Shown here: piece by piece, positions 16,925 to 25,201 of the stretch | Layout of the letters: the number at the start of each line of letters is the position of its first letter | Numbering within the stretch: the first letter of the stretch is position 1 | Assembly (NCBI GenBank): GCA_026625185.1 | Contig: CP113000.1 | Coordinates: forward strand, 2,325,622-2,357,621 | Origin: Thermodesulfobacteriota bacterium | GTDB lineage: Bacteria; Desulfobacterota; WTBG01; JAGOGO01 | DNA length: 32,000 nucleotides | Direction: 5' to 3' | Translations under genes and position numbers: made by a program | The notes under the pieces: model-generated | Told to the model about the DNA's origin: nothing | Database searches by the model: none | What the model saw: the letters and a program-made list of their open reading frames with translations, nothing else

Positions 16925-17692
16925 ATGAATTACAACGAAGCCTTAAAAGTGATCAATCCAATGGCCGCGCTTAAATCCCTTAAAATAGAGGGAAAAGAAG
17001 AAGGAGTTTACATTTATTTTCCTTGCCCGGAGTGCAACGAAGACGCAGTAATCAAAGCCTATGGAGAAAAGAAAAATCTCTGGCTCTGCACCAGGTGTAA
17101 AGTTTGCGGACATATTATAACCTTGGCGATGAAAATGGAAGCCCTTAAATTTGAGGAAGCCAAACAATTTCTCCTTAAAAAAGCCATTAGCTCAATCAAT
17201 GAAATTGACGAGGAACTGAACATAAACTACGAGCTTGAATGGTGCGAGTTTATGCAATATGAAAACCTTGACCGGGAAATATGCGAAAAACTGGGAATCG
17301 GAAAGCCAAAAGGAAAAACCAATATGCCTGGTCATCTCGCTTTTACTGTCTTGAATGAAAACCGTAAAAAGGTAGGTTATGTGGGAATCAAAATCGCCAA
17401 CGGGAAGCCCTACATTCCTAAATCATTCCATCCGGAATTCTATCTTTATAACCTATGCTATATAGACCCAGATGATGAAGTTGTGCTTACTCCCGATATG
17501 CTGGATTGCGTTAGGCTCTTAAGCCAGAGAACGCAGGCTATCTCTAATTTTTGGCTTCCCTCCCTGTCCATAAAACAGTTGGAACTTCTTCAGCCGATTA
17601 CATATCTCAGTGTTAAAGGATTTGGAGAAAATACCAGTGAAATAGCGGTAAAGCTGGCTCGTTTTCATGGAAGTTATTATCGGTTTATCTAA
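16925..17692 (+). CDS. DnaG-like protein: C4 variant of the primase zinc finger plus Toprim-like domain lacking catalytic acidic residues
   Basis: A strong GGAGG lies 5 nt before ATG 16925; the track ORF starts at 16880. CPECNEDAVIKAY...LWLCTRCKVCGHIITLAMKMEALKFEEAKQFL parallels the CHC2 finger. GHLAFTVLNENRKKVGYVGIKI..GKPYIPKSF...LYNL parallels GRIxFPIxDxxGxVxGFGGR...KYLNSPET..LYGL. VVLTPDMLDCVRL and LSVKGFGENT replace the EGxxD and DxD motifs. Confidence 0.6.
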   Translation: MNYNEALKVINPMAALKSLKIEGKEEGVYIYFPCPECNEDAVIKAYGEKKNLWLCTRCKVCGHIITLAMKMEALKFEEAKQFLLKKAISSINEIDEELNINYELEWCEFMQYENLDREICEKLGIGKPKGKTNMPGHLAFTVLNENRKKVGYVGIKIANGKPYIPKSFHPEFYLYNLCYIDPDDEVVLTPDMLDCVRLLSQRTQAISNFWLPSLSIKQLELLQPITYLSVKGFGENTSEIAVKLARFHGSYYRFI

Positions 17693-17780
17693 AATAAATA
17701 ACGGCACACTGACAATTCAGGTGCGGTTTTCTCTTGACAATGTGGGCCTTATAAGTGTTAGATTTTAATTCTTAACTATG

Positions 17781-18014
17781 TCAACCAATTTTCCTTGAAT
17801 GATCTCTGGCTAAAGTGAGGCCGGGGTGTTTTCTCTGAACAATAGAAACTGCCTCATTCAAGTTTTTCGCTTCAACTATTTCAGTAAATCCAACCAAATC
17901 CGAATGCAGCTCTTCTCCATTGGAGTTGACTTTTACTCCGTTATCCCAGAAGTCGCGGTAATCCCTTTCCCTTCCTTCTCGGATTATAGAAATGCTATAA
18001 GTGCTTTTTACCAC
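17781..18014 (-). CDS. hypothetical 77-aa protein
   Basis: ORF only, with a GTG start and a weak SD. It lies 95 nt downstream of the 249-aa gene on the same strand. Confidence 0.35.
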   Translation of the reverse strand: MVKSTYSISIIREGRERDYRDFWDNGVKVNSNGEELHSDLVGFTEIVEAKNLNEAVSIVQRKHPGLTLARDHSRKIG

Positions 18015-18109
18015 TTTCCCATTCCTTCTTGATTGAGTTGGCTATTTGTGACCCATAACGCCGCTCATAACCAGAGGGCAGATTTTGGCCCACCTGATTC
18101 ATGAGCTTG

Positions 18110-18859
18110 TTATCTGACGACTGCTTGAGTCATATCTATAAATAAAATTTCTTCAGGAATTGAAGTGTCTGCAAACCAAATTTGATCCAACCCTTGAGGC
18201 AACCCATCTGGGTAGGCTGATCTTAATCCTTCCCACATGATCCCATCGTTCATCAATGCGATATCGTCAGACTCAACAAGAAGTATTGTCGTCTTATTTC
18301 TAACTTTATAGGGTGATAATTTCTTTATCTTGCGGTCAAGTTGCTCCCTCAAGCGATCGGGTAATGTTTGATCATGAGGTGCGAAACGACCAAAGAGCAA
18401 TCCCGTAAGGCTGCTACTCCTTTTCGCAGCGTAAAATTCAAACGGGATTTCAGGCACACCCTTAATTGCATGGAAACCAATAGGGAGTTTTGGAGCTTCA
18501 TCTAAAATCCAATTTCGTAATGCGGTCGTGATCCTGGACCAATCTTGACCAGTTTGAATTCCTTCATAAGGGAGTGTCAAAACAAGTCTGAAAGGTAATC
18601 CGGAACGGAACTCATCCTCAAGGGGCTTCACTACTCGCACGAACCATGCCCCGTCTCTTCGCTGGTTAGGTATGGTGTCCACGCTAGTGTGCTCGATTGC
18701 GAAGGGCCCTGCTATAGCATCAATTTCAGAGGGCAGTTCTTCATCCGGCCAAGCATCTACTTCGATTCCAGGATGACCCTGGTCAGCAAGGTATTGGACA
18801 AAGAAGCCGATGACCCTTTTATCAGTCAACTTTTGTTGATTCTTTTCTGCATCGCACAT
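18110..18859 (-). CDS. hypothetical 249-aa protein with possible restriction-endonuclease-like N-terminal core
   Basis: Clean 249-aa ORF. SEIDAIAGPFAIEHTSV resembles a D-x(n)-E-x-K hairpin, but with EHT instead of ExK. No family recognised. Confidence 0.6.
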   Translation of the reverse strand: MCDAEKNQQKLTDKRVIGFFVQYLADQGHPGIEVDAWPDEELPSEIDAIAGPFAIEHTSVDTIPNQRRDGAWFVRVVKPLEDEFRSGLPFRLVLTLPYEGIQTGQDWSRITTALRNWILDEAPKLPIGFHAIKGVPEIPFEFYAAKRSSSLTGLLFGRFAPHDQTLPDRLREQLDRKIKKLSPYKVRNKTTILLVESDDIALMNDGIMWEGLRSAYPDGLPQGLDQIWFADTSIPEEILFIDMTQAVVR

Positions 18860-18869
18860 TTCACTGTCT

Positions 18870-19089
18870 CAAATAATCAGGATAGGGAGAAGACCCAGGA
18901 CACCTCTCCTCTTACACCACCAAGGGTACCACACCTCATATCCGGTTCCTGTTCGTTGCCCTGCATCTTTGGATTGGGCTTCCTTCAAACCCCGCCTCAC
19001 GACGACGCCCTTGCCTTTTTTTATCCTTCGGCTCCGCTAATACCTGGTACGGGACTTCCACCCCGCGAGTTACGTGCCATGCCTCGCAC
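18870..19089 (-). mobile_element. group II intron 5' (domain I) remnant, IIC-like
   Basis: The minus strand from 19089 reads GTGCGAGGCATGGCACGTAACTCGCGGGGTGGAAGTCCCGTACC...GCAAGGGCGTC...TTTGAAGGAAGCCC...GCAACGAACAGGAACCGGATATGAGGTGTGGTACC. The motif order matches domain I of the O. iheyensis IIC intron as I recall it. No domain V/VI or RT is present in the window. Confidence 0.5.
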
Positions 19090-19093
19090 AAAC

Positions 19094-19103
19094 GGGGGGG
19101 GGG
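19094..19103. repeat. G10 homopolymer immediately 5' (on the minus strand) of the intron-like GTGCG
   Basis: Counted directly: aac-gggggggggg-agc. Confidence 0.95.
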
Positions 19104-19301
19104 AGCAAAAAATGAACTTTGAGCGAAGACAGGCCGTGGGAGTTACAACTATACGAAATCCACGCCTCGGCTTTCTCCGTCCTCTTGATGCAATTTAAGC
19201 CGCGTTAGTTTGCCATTTATCACAAACTTTATGTTTTATTGCAATACAGTTTTATTTCGTCATGTATTTTTGGGCCTCTTCCAAAATCTGACCGCAAGGG
19301 A

Positions 19302-21245
19302 CTATCTTTTTAGCAATCCCATTTCGAAGAGAAAGCGTGAAGGTTCTTTGGGCCAACCTCTATATTTTTTGCCATAACTAAGTGTTAATGTTCTAATAGT
19401 TCGGGTTATTGCAACGAAACAATTGCGTCGTTCCTCCTCCATCTCCTGGCTTCTGTCCCCCTTTTTCTTACTCTGAAAGGAGGGCAACTCGTCATCAACA
19501 AGCCCGATTAGATAAACGTGATCAAATTCTTTACCCTTTGCTCCATGGATGGTCATGAGAACAACGGTATTAGCCTTTGGAGGCGGTTCCTTCGAACGCA
19601 TTTGTAACTCTTGTAAGAAGGCCTCTAAGGTAGGTTCTTCTCCCAAGTTTCGTTTTATTTCTCCCATCAATTCTTCCCAAACCAATTTCTCCTCATCATA
19701 ACGAGTAAATACTTCGTTATAAGGATCACTCTCGGCTTGGCGTTGGGCTTGTGCCAGCGAAGTAAACCAGGCCAGTGCAGATTTGCTGAACGCTTGAAAA
19801 TCTCTGCCTCTTACTAAACAACGTGACGTTTCATTCACAATTTCTTTCACGAAGGTTTCTGTAGTTTTTTGATTCAAAAGCCTAATCCAGATTTGTAGAT
19901 AGCCCATACTCAATGCTTGGGATTGCGAGATAACATCTTCAACATCAATTTCCACTTGGGTAAGTTGGGCGAAAGAGCCACACACGGCCTCCAAATAACG
20001 GCGATTTTGTCCATCATTGGCAAGGCGCAAAGTTGAGTGAAGCCAAACGAAGGGAGTGCTTTCAAATTCATCCTTTCGTTGAGAGATGACAGCAGGTAAC
20101 CCTTCGTGCCGCAATGCTATGTCCACGCCATCGAGCAATTTACGATTTCGTCCCAACACAACAACAGAACCAAAATGACCGGAGTGAAGATTTTTGATAT
20201 CCTTTGCTACTTCAGCCGCTTCCGCTTCAACGTCAGGGAAACATTCCAATAAACGCACAGTACCTTTGCCGAGACCATGGCGAAAGGCCTCAAGCGGTTT
20301 TTTGTCGGCGGTTCGCAAAAAGTTATGACGGATAAGATTATTCGCCAACTCTACGATCTCTGGCGGGCACCTGTAGTTCATAGGCAACTGGATGACCATC
20401 GGCGAAAAATCGTTGAGAAGCTCTTTTAGTCGTTCATGACTTGCACCATTCCATTGGTAGATGATCTGGTCATCGTCAGCAACAACGAATAAATTGCGGT
20501 GTTGATCTCCAGCAAGGGCGCGAATAAGGCCGTATTGCGCCTGATTCGCATCTTGAAATTCATCTATACAAATGTATGGATAGACTATTCGATAACGTTT
20601 GGCAAAAACCGGGAACTTCGTCAGTAACTGATAGGTTTTGAGGATTAAAGAATTAAAATCGAGTGCGTTTCGTTTGCATAGCTCCGCTTCATAGGCAGGA
20701 TAAACAGCGGCCATTCTTTCCCCGAATTCTTTATTTTTAAATATTTCACAGCATTGCTCAGGCAAAATAAGAAACGCTTTAAGACGTTGTATAACTGACA
20801 ATGTTTTTTTGTCGAGATCGCTTACCACATCGCTAATCTTTTTCGCTTCTTCCACTGCATTATTCAATACCGCTTGTAAATCGGCATCTTGTGAATATAT
20901 GTGGAAATTGGGGTTGATTCCTAAATGAGTGCCATGTAGGCGCAAAACATCTGCACAGAATGAATGGAAAGTGCCCAAAAAAAGACGCTCTTCCTGACCA
21001 GGCACAAAGTTTGCGACACGACTTCGCATCTCATCGGCTGCTTTGTTTGTGAATGTCAAGCCCAACACACGGAAATTTTCATCAAGGGTCGATTCAAGAA
21101 GACGAGCTATACGACAAGTCAGAACTTTTGTTTTGCCCGAGCCTGGCCCTGCTAACACCAAAAGCGGGCCATCAGCCCATTCTGCAGCTTGTCTTTGAAT
21201 AGGACTTAATTCCTCCCAAGCTTTCATAAGTTCTTTGGTTCTCAT
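19302..21245 (-). CDS. gajB: UvrD/PcrA/Rep-family SF1 helicase, GajB-like partner of the OLD nuclease
   Basis: AGPGSGKT (I), TFTNKAADEM (Ia), CIDEFQDAN (II), VADDDQIIYQWNGA (III), NYRCPPEI (IV), TIHGAKGKEFDHV (V), FVAITRTIRTL (VI). ATGA overlap with the upstream gene at 21242-21245. Confidence 0.8.
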   Translation of the reverse strand: MRTKELMKAWEELSPIQRQAAEWADGPLLVLAGPGSGKTKVLTCRIARLLESTLDENFRVLGLTFTNKAADEMRSRVANFVPGQEERLFLGTFHSFCADVLRLHGTHLGINPNFHIYSQDADLQAVLNNAVEEAKKISDVVSDLDKKTLSVIQRLKAFLILPEQCCEIFKNKEFGERMAAVYPAYEAELCKRNALDFNSLILKTYQLLTKFPVFAKRYRIVYPYICIDEFQDANQAQYGLIRALAGDQHRNLFVVADDDQIIYQWNGASHERLKELLNDFSPMVIQLPMNYRCPPEIVELANNLIRHNFLRTADKKPLEAFRHGLGKGTVRLLECFPDVEAEAAEVAKDIKNLHSGHFGSVVVLGRNRKLLDGVDIALRHEGLPAVISQRKDEFESTPFVWLHSTLRLANDGQNRRYLEAVCGSFAQLTQVEIDVEDVISQSQALSMGYLQIWIRLLNQKTTETFVKEIVNETSRCLVRGRDFQAFSKSALAWFTSLAQAQRQAESDPYNEVFTRYDEEKLVWEELMGEIKRNLGEEPTLEAFLQELQMRSKEPPPKANTVVLMTIHGAKGKEFDHVYLIGLVDDELPSFQSKKKGDRSQEMEEERRNCFVAITRTIRTLTLSYGKKYRGWPKEPSRFLFEMGLLKR

Positions 21246-23170
21246 AATACAGCCTTTGCAACTACGTCTGTGATGATCTTGGCAAAAAATGAAGGAACAC
21301 GTGTGCTGTCGGCACTTGTTCTCCGAAGCTCTTCAAGCAATGCAATAGTGTAGCCGGTTTTATCTGCTCTTATCTTTGAAGCAAGCTCATCTTCGAATCC
21401 TGCCTCGTCGTGCTTCTTAACTAAACTAATCTTGCGTTCAGCAAGAATTTGTACGTACTCTTGTGCAAAGCCATTTTTAATAAGAAACATTTCCAAATCC
21501 ATGCCACTTTCCGGCAGTGGCCGGACAAGCTCTTTGATTTCGTCGGGCAACAGACCACGCATTTCAATCTGTTTCACGAACTCTTGTCCAGCGGCATCAT
21601 TGTCACAGACCATAATCCACGGTGTCTCAAAGGTACGAGCCAAGCCAACAAACGCACCTGGTGATCCGTTGTTTTGAAAGTCGATTACTGTAATTCCAAA
21701 CTGATCCAATGGCTTCTCCAATAGTTCGGCAAAAAATCGGAACAAAAGATACTCACTCTGGCCTTCGCACAATAGCCATGCACGTGCAAACAGGACTTCC
21801 CCTCGAATGCGTTTTGCATAAGTGTCAAGGTCCGCAAGGTCACCGTTGCTGAGATATATCTGTGATTCGCCATAGAGTCGCTTCAGTTGAACATGAATAT
21901 CAGTTTGTCCCGGGTAGATCATGAGCAGTTTTCGATATTCCCGCTCTCCCATCTTGCCATTAACATGGAGAGTGGTGGTGCCCTCATGATAATCAAATTT
22001 CGGTGCATTATTCTTACAAAACTTCAATAACTCTGGAGTGTTTGGCACTTTGACAGAAAATGAACGCTTTACGTAAAGAATTTTGGAAGACGAGCCATTT
22101 CGACGAAACATCCGAATCTGTGTGAATGGGATTTCCTGAATGAAATAGGGTGAGTGGCTTGAGACAATTTTCTGGCTTTTGACTTCGTCCAAATTCCTTG
22201 CAAGGGCGCGCGTCGCTTGGGGATGAAGATGTGCTTCCGGTTCTTCTAAAGCCAAAATGGCCTCGGTCTCTGGCTGAAATGTCGGTTTGAGAAGCACGTC
22301 AATATAGGCTTGAAAAAGAAAAAGAACAGCCAAACTCTGTATGCCTTGCCCATGTCGGGAAAGCGGAAAATCAACTTCATTACCATGTGCCTTGATGACA
22401 ACTACCGATTTCGACATTAAATCCCAAGGCTTGAGGGGCAAAGCCTGTATTGAAGTGTTTTGTCCATCTCCCAGCCACATAATTTTTTGAATGTTTTCTA
22501 AAGTTGATCTTATTTGATCGAGCCTTGGATCTGCCTTCAGAACCGCCTCATTCAGCTTTCCCAACTCCTCACTAAGCATCATTGTTTGCTCTTCACTGAT
22601 TTTAAGATCACGCAGTATTCTTCCCCAGAATTGTGAACGTGGCGAAAACTCAGTGTCTGAATCACGGAGAGCAGACAAATAAAATAGCCGAATATAAGAA
22701 AGAAATCTCGTTAGGTTTCCAGAGCTTGCACCTTTTCCACCCAATGGTTGCCCATCTAATGTAAGAAATTCCCATTTCGTAACGATCTCTTTGGAAGTCG
22801 TATCGTACTTGCTAGATACCCTCAGTCCGATGGAATCCAAATCTTTTAGAGGATCGGTTTGTATAATATCGCTAAGTGCTTGAATCAGAGAATTAGGCCA
22901 TTCATCAGGTTTATCTTCACGAAACCATAGTTCTATAATAATGCCTTCGCTGGTTTGCGGTGAATCGGCAACTTTGGACATATAGTAGTCATACTCGTCG
23001 AATGCTATTCCGCGACCTTGGAGGCTTCGAGGCAATACGATCTTCAATGCGTCAAGAAGGGCTGTTTTGCCGGAGTTATTTTCACCCACTAAAACAGTAG
23101 TGTCCTGGATAGGAATGGACACGTCTACCAAACAACGAAAGTTTTTTACAAAAATCTCCCTGAGCTTCAT
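21242..23170 (-). CDS. gajA: OLD-family ATPase/Toprim nuclease, GajA-like (class 2 OLD)
   Basis: N-terminus KLREIFVKNFRCL...LVGENNSGKTALLDAL (Walker A) and LALEEPEAHLHPQ (Walker B/D-loop). C-terminal Toprim has LLCEGQSE and MVCDNDAAGQ (DxD). Confidence 0.85.
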   Translation of the reverse strand: MKLREIFVKNFRCLVDVSIPIQDTTVLVGENNSGKTALLDALKIVLPRSLQGRGIAFDEYDYYMSKVADSPQTSEGIIIELWFREDKPDEWPNSLIQALSDIIQTDPLKDLDSIGLRVSSKYDTTSKEIVTKWEFLTLDGQPLGGKGASSGNLTRFLSYIRLFYLSALRDSDTEFSPRSQFWGRILRDLKISEEQTMMLSEELGKLNEAVLKADPRLDQIRSTLENIQKIMWLGDGQNTSIQALPLKPWDLMSKSVVVIKAHGNEVDFPLSRHGQGIQSLAVLFLFQAYIDVLLKPTFQPETEAILALEEPEAHLHPQATRALARNLDEVKSQKIVSSHSPYFIQEIPFTQIRMFRRNGSSSKILYVKRSFSVKVPNTPELLKFCKNNAPKFDYHEGTTTLHVNGKMGEREYRKLLMIYPGQTDIHVQLKRLYGESQIYLSNGDLADLDTYAKRIRGEVLFARAWLLCEGQSEYLLFRFFAELLEKPLDQFGITVIDFQNNGSPGAFVGLARTFETPWIMVCDNDAAGQEFVKQIEMRGLLPDEIKELVRPLPESGMDLEMFLIKNGFAQEYVQILAERKISLVKKHDEAGFEDELASKIRADKTGYTIALLEELRRTSADSTRVPSFFAKIITDVVAKAVL

Positions 23171-23338
23171 TAATTAGTTCCTATAATTTACTTTAAATCA
23201 CCAAATGCGTTATCTAATCTATATAAAAATCGGCATAAGACTCCGTTGTCCAGAATTTTATAATTTTATGGACCCCTCTTCACCCCCTCCAATCTTGAGC
23301 AGGGTGCCCCCGTAAGTCCCTTGCGTTTCGTGCCTTGA

Positions 23339-25201
23339 CTACCGAATGACCGTGACAAGACAATCTCGCTTGCTCTGAATGTCCATCTCAAATGTTCCGT
23401 CGTCCACTATCGCGCGTTCGGGGTCGTAGACCACGAACAGAATGAACGATCCTAAAGGATACTTCGTAATGTCTGCGGCAATCCCCTCTGATGCTTTGCT
23501 GGGGGTTGTCGCCTTTCGAATGTACTTTGCTTCTACAATCAAGGCAGCAGCCTTTGCTTCGTGATCTGGCACAACCTTGGCCAAACAGAATGTCGTTGTT
23601 GGAAACTCGCGCTTGAAGTCGTCGCCATGTGCTCGGAGCAAAGCGTCGATCTGATCGTTCACTTCGTTTTCGTTCTTTGGCTTAGTCTTCCTGAATGCTA
23701 CCGGGATGTTTTCCCGGAGCATCGCCGCTATTTGCCCTGCCAACCTTTCAGGATCCTCTTTAAGATACTCTCGGTCCGAAATAAGTTGAAGTAGACTGCC
23801 GCTCCTGACCTTATAACGAAGGTCATCGAGGTGGCGGCGAATATCCGTGAGGGCTACCAGAACCTGCTCACCATGCCTGTGGCATAATTGCCAGACAGCT
23901 TCAACGGCTTCATCCTCGTTGCCAGGAACGTAATCCGTTATATCTGCGAGTTCAGAGAGTCTCGCCAAGGCAAATGCGTCATCCGTTTCTTTAGAGAAAC
24001 AGACCGCCTGCCGGATATAGTCCAACGCTGTTGTTCGTGTCTCTGGAGATTCAATCGGATCGGTGAAGATGTCCTTTGAGTATATCCCTACATTGTCAAC
24101 GTCTTGAAGCCCTGCTGCGTAAGCAGCAAGCCGACGATCAATGCACTGGAAACAACTCCCGCAATGGGTCGCGGTCTCGAGGCGTTGGAACGTTTTGCTG
24201 CAGGAAACGGTGCTGCTGATAAGATTGCGGCCATTGACCCGGCTGAGCAAATCCATTACGTCCGTCTTGGTTTTGTTCCAGAACGGATTCAAGACCGTAA
24301 ACCTTGAGCCATTTAGTTCTGACAGGAACTGGGACATTAGATGAAAGGTCTTCGGATGGGTAGTGCGGCTTGCTCTTGCACTTATCAGGTCTTGCCGTCG
24401 GAGAAGGTTCAATGACGTAACACCGTTTTCGTAGGCGAAAAAGGAGTCAAGGGACAGCCTGTGCGCCAGCGAGAAAGCGATTGAACAGAACAAAAAGGCC
24501 CGCGTGCGCTGGGTCTCCTCCGCCGCTCGAATATGGGAAAGCCCGCAGTCAAAGGAATAGTGGCGAATTCTCCTTGGATATTCAGCCGTCAACGCATCGA
24601 CGAGTTTCTTCTGGGTCCGTTTTGTGCTCGGTTGCCCCGAACGATGGCTTATCAAATAGAGGACTTCGTTCGTTGACTCCAGCCGCTCCAACACGCCTGC
24701 AAGAGAATCCGATCCACCAGAGAACAGGGCAACGGACGAAGGTTCTTTCGGCGCAATGGCGAACTCCTCTCTATCAAAGAGCGAAGTGGGCGGGGTTGAA
24801 TGTCCCGGCACAAAATCGAACAAGTAATCTCTATCTCCAGTCATGAAGAGCAGCGCTGCTGAAAGCTTCTGTTTCACGGAGGTCTGGTTCCAAAAATCAA
24901 CGTCACGTACACGAATCACGAAATGCATGTCACGCGGCCACGCGTGCAACTCCACTGCTTCCTTCGCTCCCCGTTGAGCTGCCCGGTCGGCTGCGAAGAT
25001 GTACGCTGCGATTTCCAACAGATCCAAAATCCGTAGAGGCAAATGGAACACTTGATCCACGAATCGAGGCAGTTGCAGATTGACGTTGCAATCTGGATCA
25101 TTTCTGAAGTAAATCAGCGAGGTCACTTTCGCAGTCTTGGCGAGGTCCTTGGGGCGGCCGGCTCCATTACACAGAAACACGTTTGGAGTCGAGCAACTCA
25201 T
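23339..25201 (-). CDS. three-part fusion: unknown N-domain + QueC-like PP-loop ATP-pyrophosphatase + C-terminal PD-(D/E)xK-type domain
   Basis: VALFSGGSDSLAGV (aa 157-170), RTRAFLFCSIAFSLA, NPFWNKTKTDV and the Zn cluster SC...HCGSCFQCIDRR (aa 334-356). All are colinear with B. subtilis QueC as recalled. The C-terminus has ENEVNDQIDALL...VVPDHEAKAAALIVEAKYI (PD-x10-EAK). Confidence 0.8.
   Translation of the reverse strand: MSCSTPNVFLCNGAGRPKDLAKTAKVTSLIYFRNDPDCNVNLQLPRFVDQVFHLPLRILDLLEIAAYIFAADRAAQRGAKEAVELHAWPRDMHFVIRVRDVDFWNQTSVKQKLSAALLFMTGDRDYLFDFVPGHSTPPTSLFDREEFAIAPKEPSSVALFSGGSDSLAGVLERLESTNEVLYLISHRSGQPSTKRTQKKLVDALTAEYPRRIRHYSFDCGLSHIRAAEETQRTRAFLFCSIAFSLAHRLSLDSFFAYENGVTSLNLLRRQDLISARASRTTHPKTFHLMSQFLSELNGSRFTVLNPFWNKTKTDVMDLLSRVNGRNLISSTVSCSKTFQRLETATHCGSCFQCIDRRLAAYAAGLQDVDNVGIYSKDIFTDPIESPETRTTALDYIRQAVCFSKETDDAFALARLSELADITDYVPGNEDEAVEAVWQLCHRHGEQVLVALTDIRRHLDDLRYKVRSGSLLQLISDREYLKEDPERLAGQIAAMLRENIPVAFRKTKPKNENEVNDQIDALLRAHGDDFKREFPTTTFCLAKVVPDHEAKAAALIVEAKYIRKATTPSKASEGIAADITKYPLGSFILFVVYDPERAIVDDGTFEMDIQSKRDCLVTVIR

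Noticed and set aside
17744-17775. TTGACA ... TTAGAT sigma-70-like promoter on the plus strand after the DnaG-like gene
   Set aside because: No plus-strand gene follows it, because the next genes are on the minus strand. The spacing to any -10-like hexamer is non-optimal.
18860-19300. Structured non-coding region considered as a retron msr/msd or riboswitch; also the 169-aa plus-strand ORF 18689..19198
   Set aside because: No reverse transcriptase is present in the window. The GTGCG start and ordered domain-I-like motifs fit a group II intron remnant better. The plus-strand ORF is antisense to that RNA and to the 249-aa gene.
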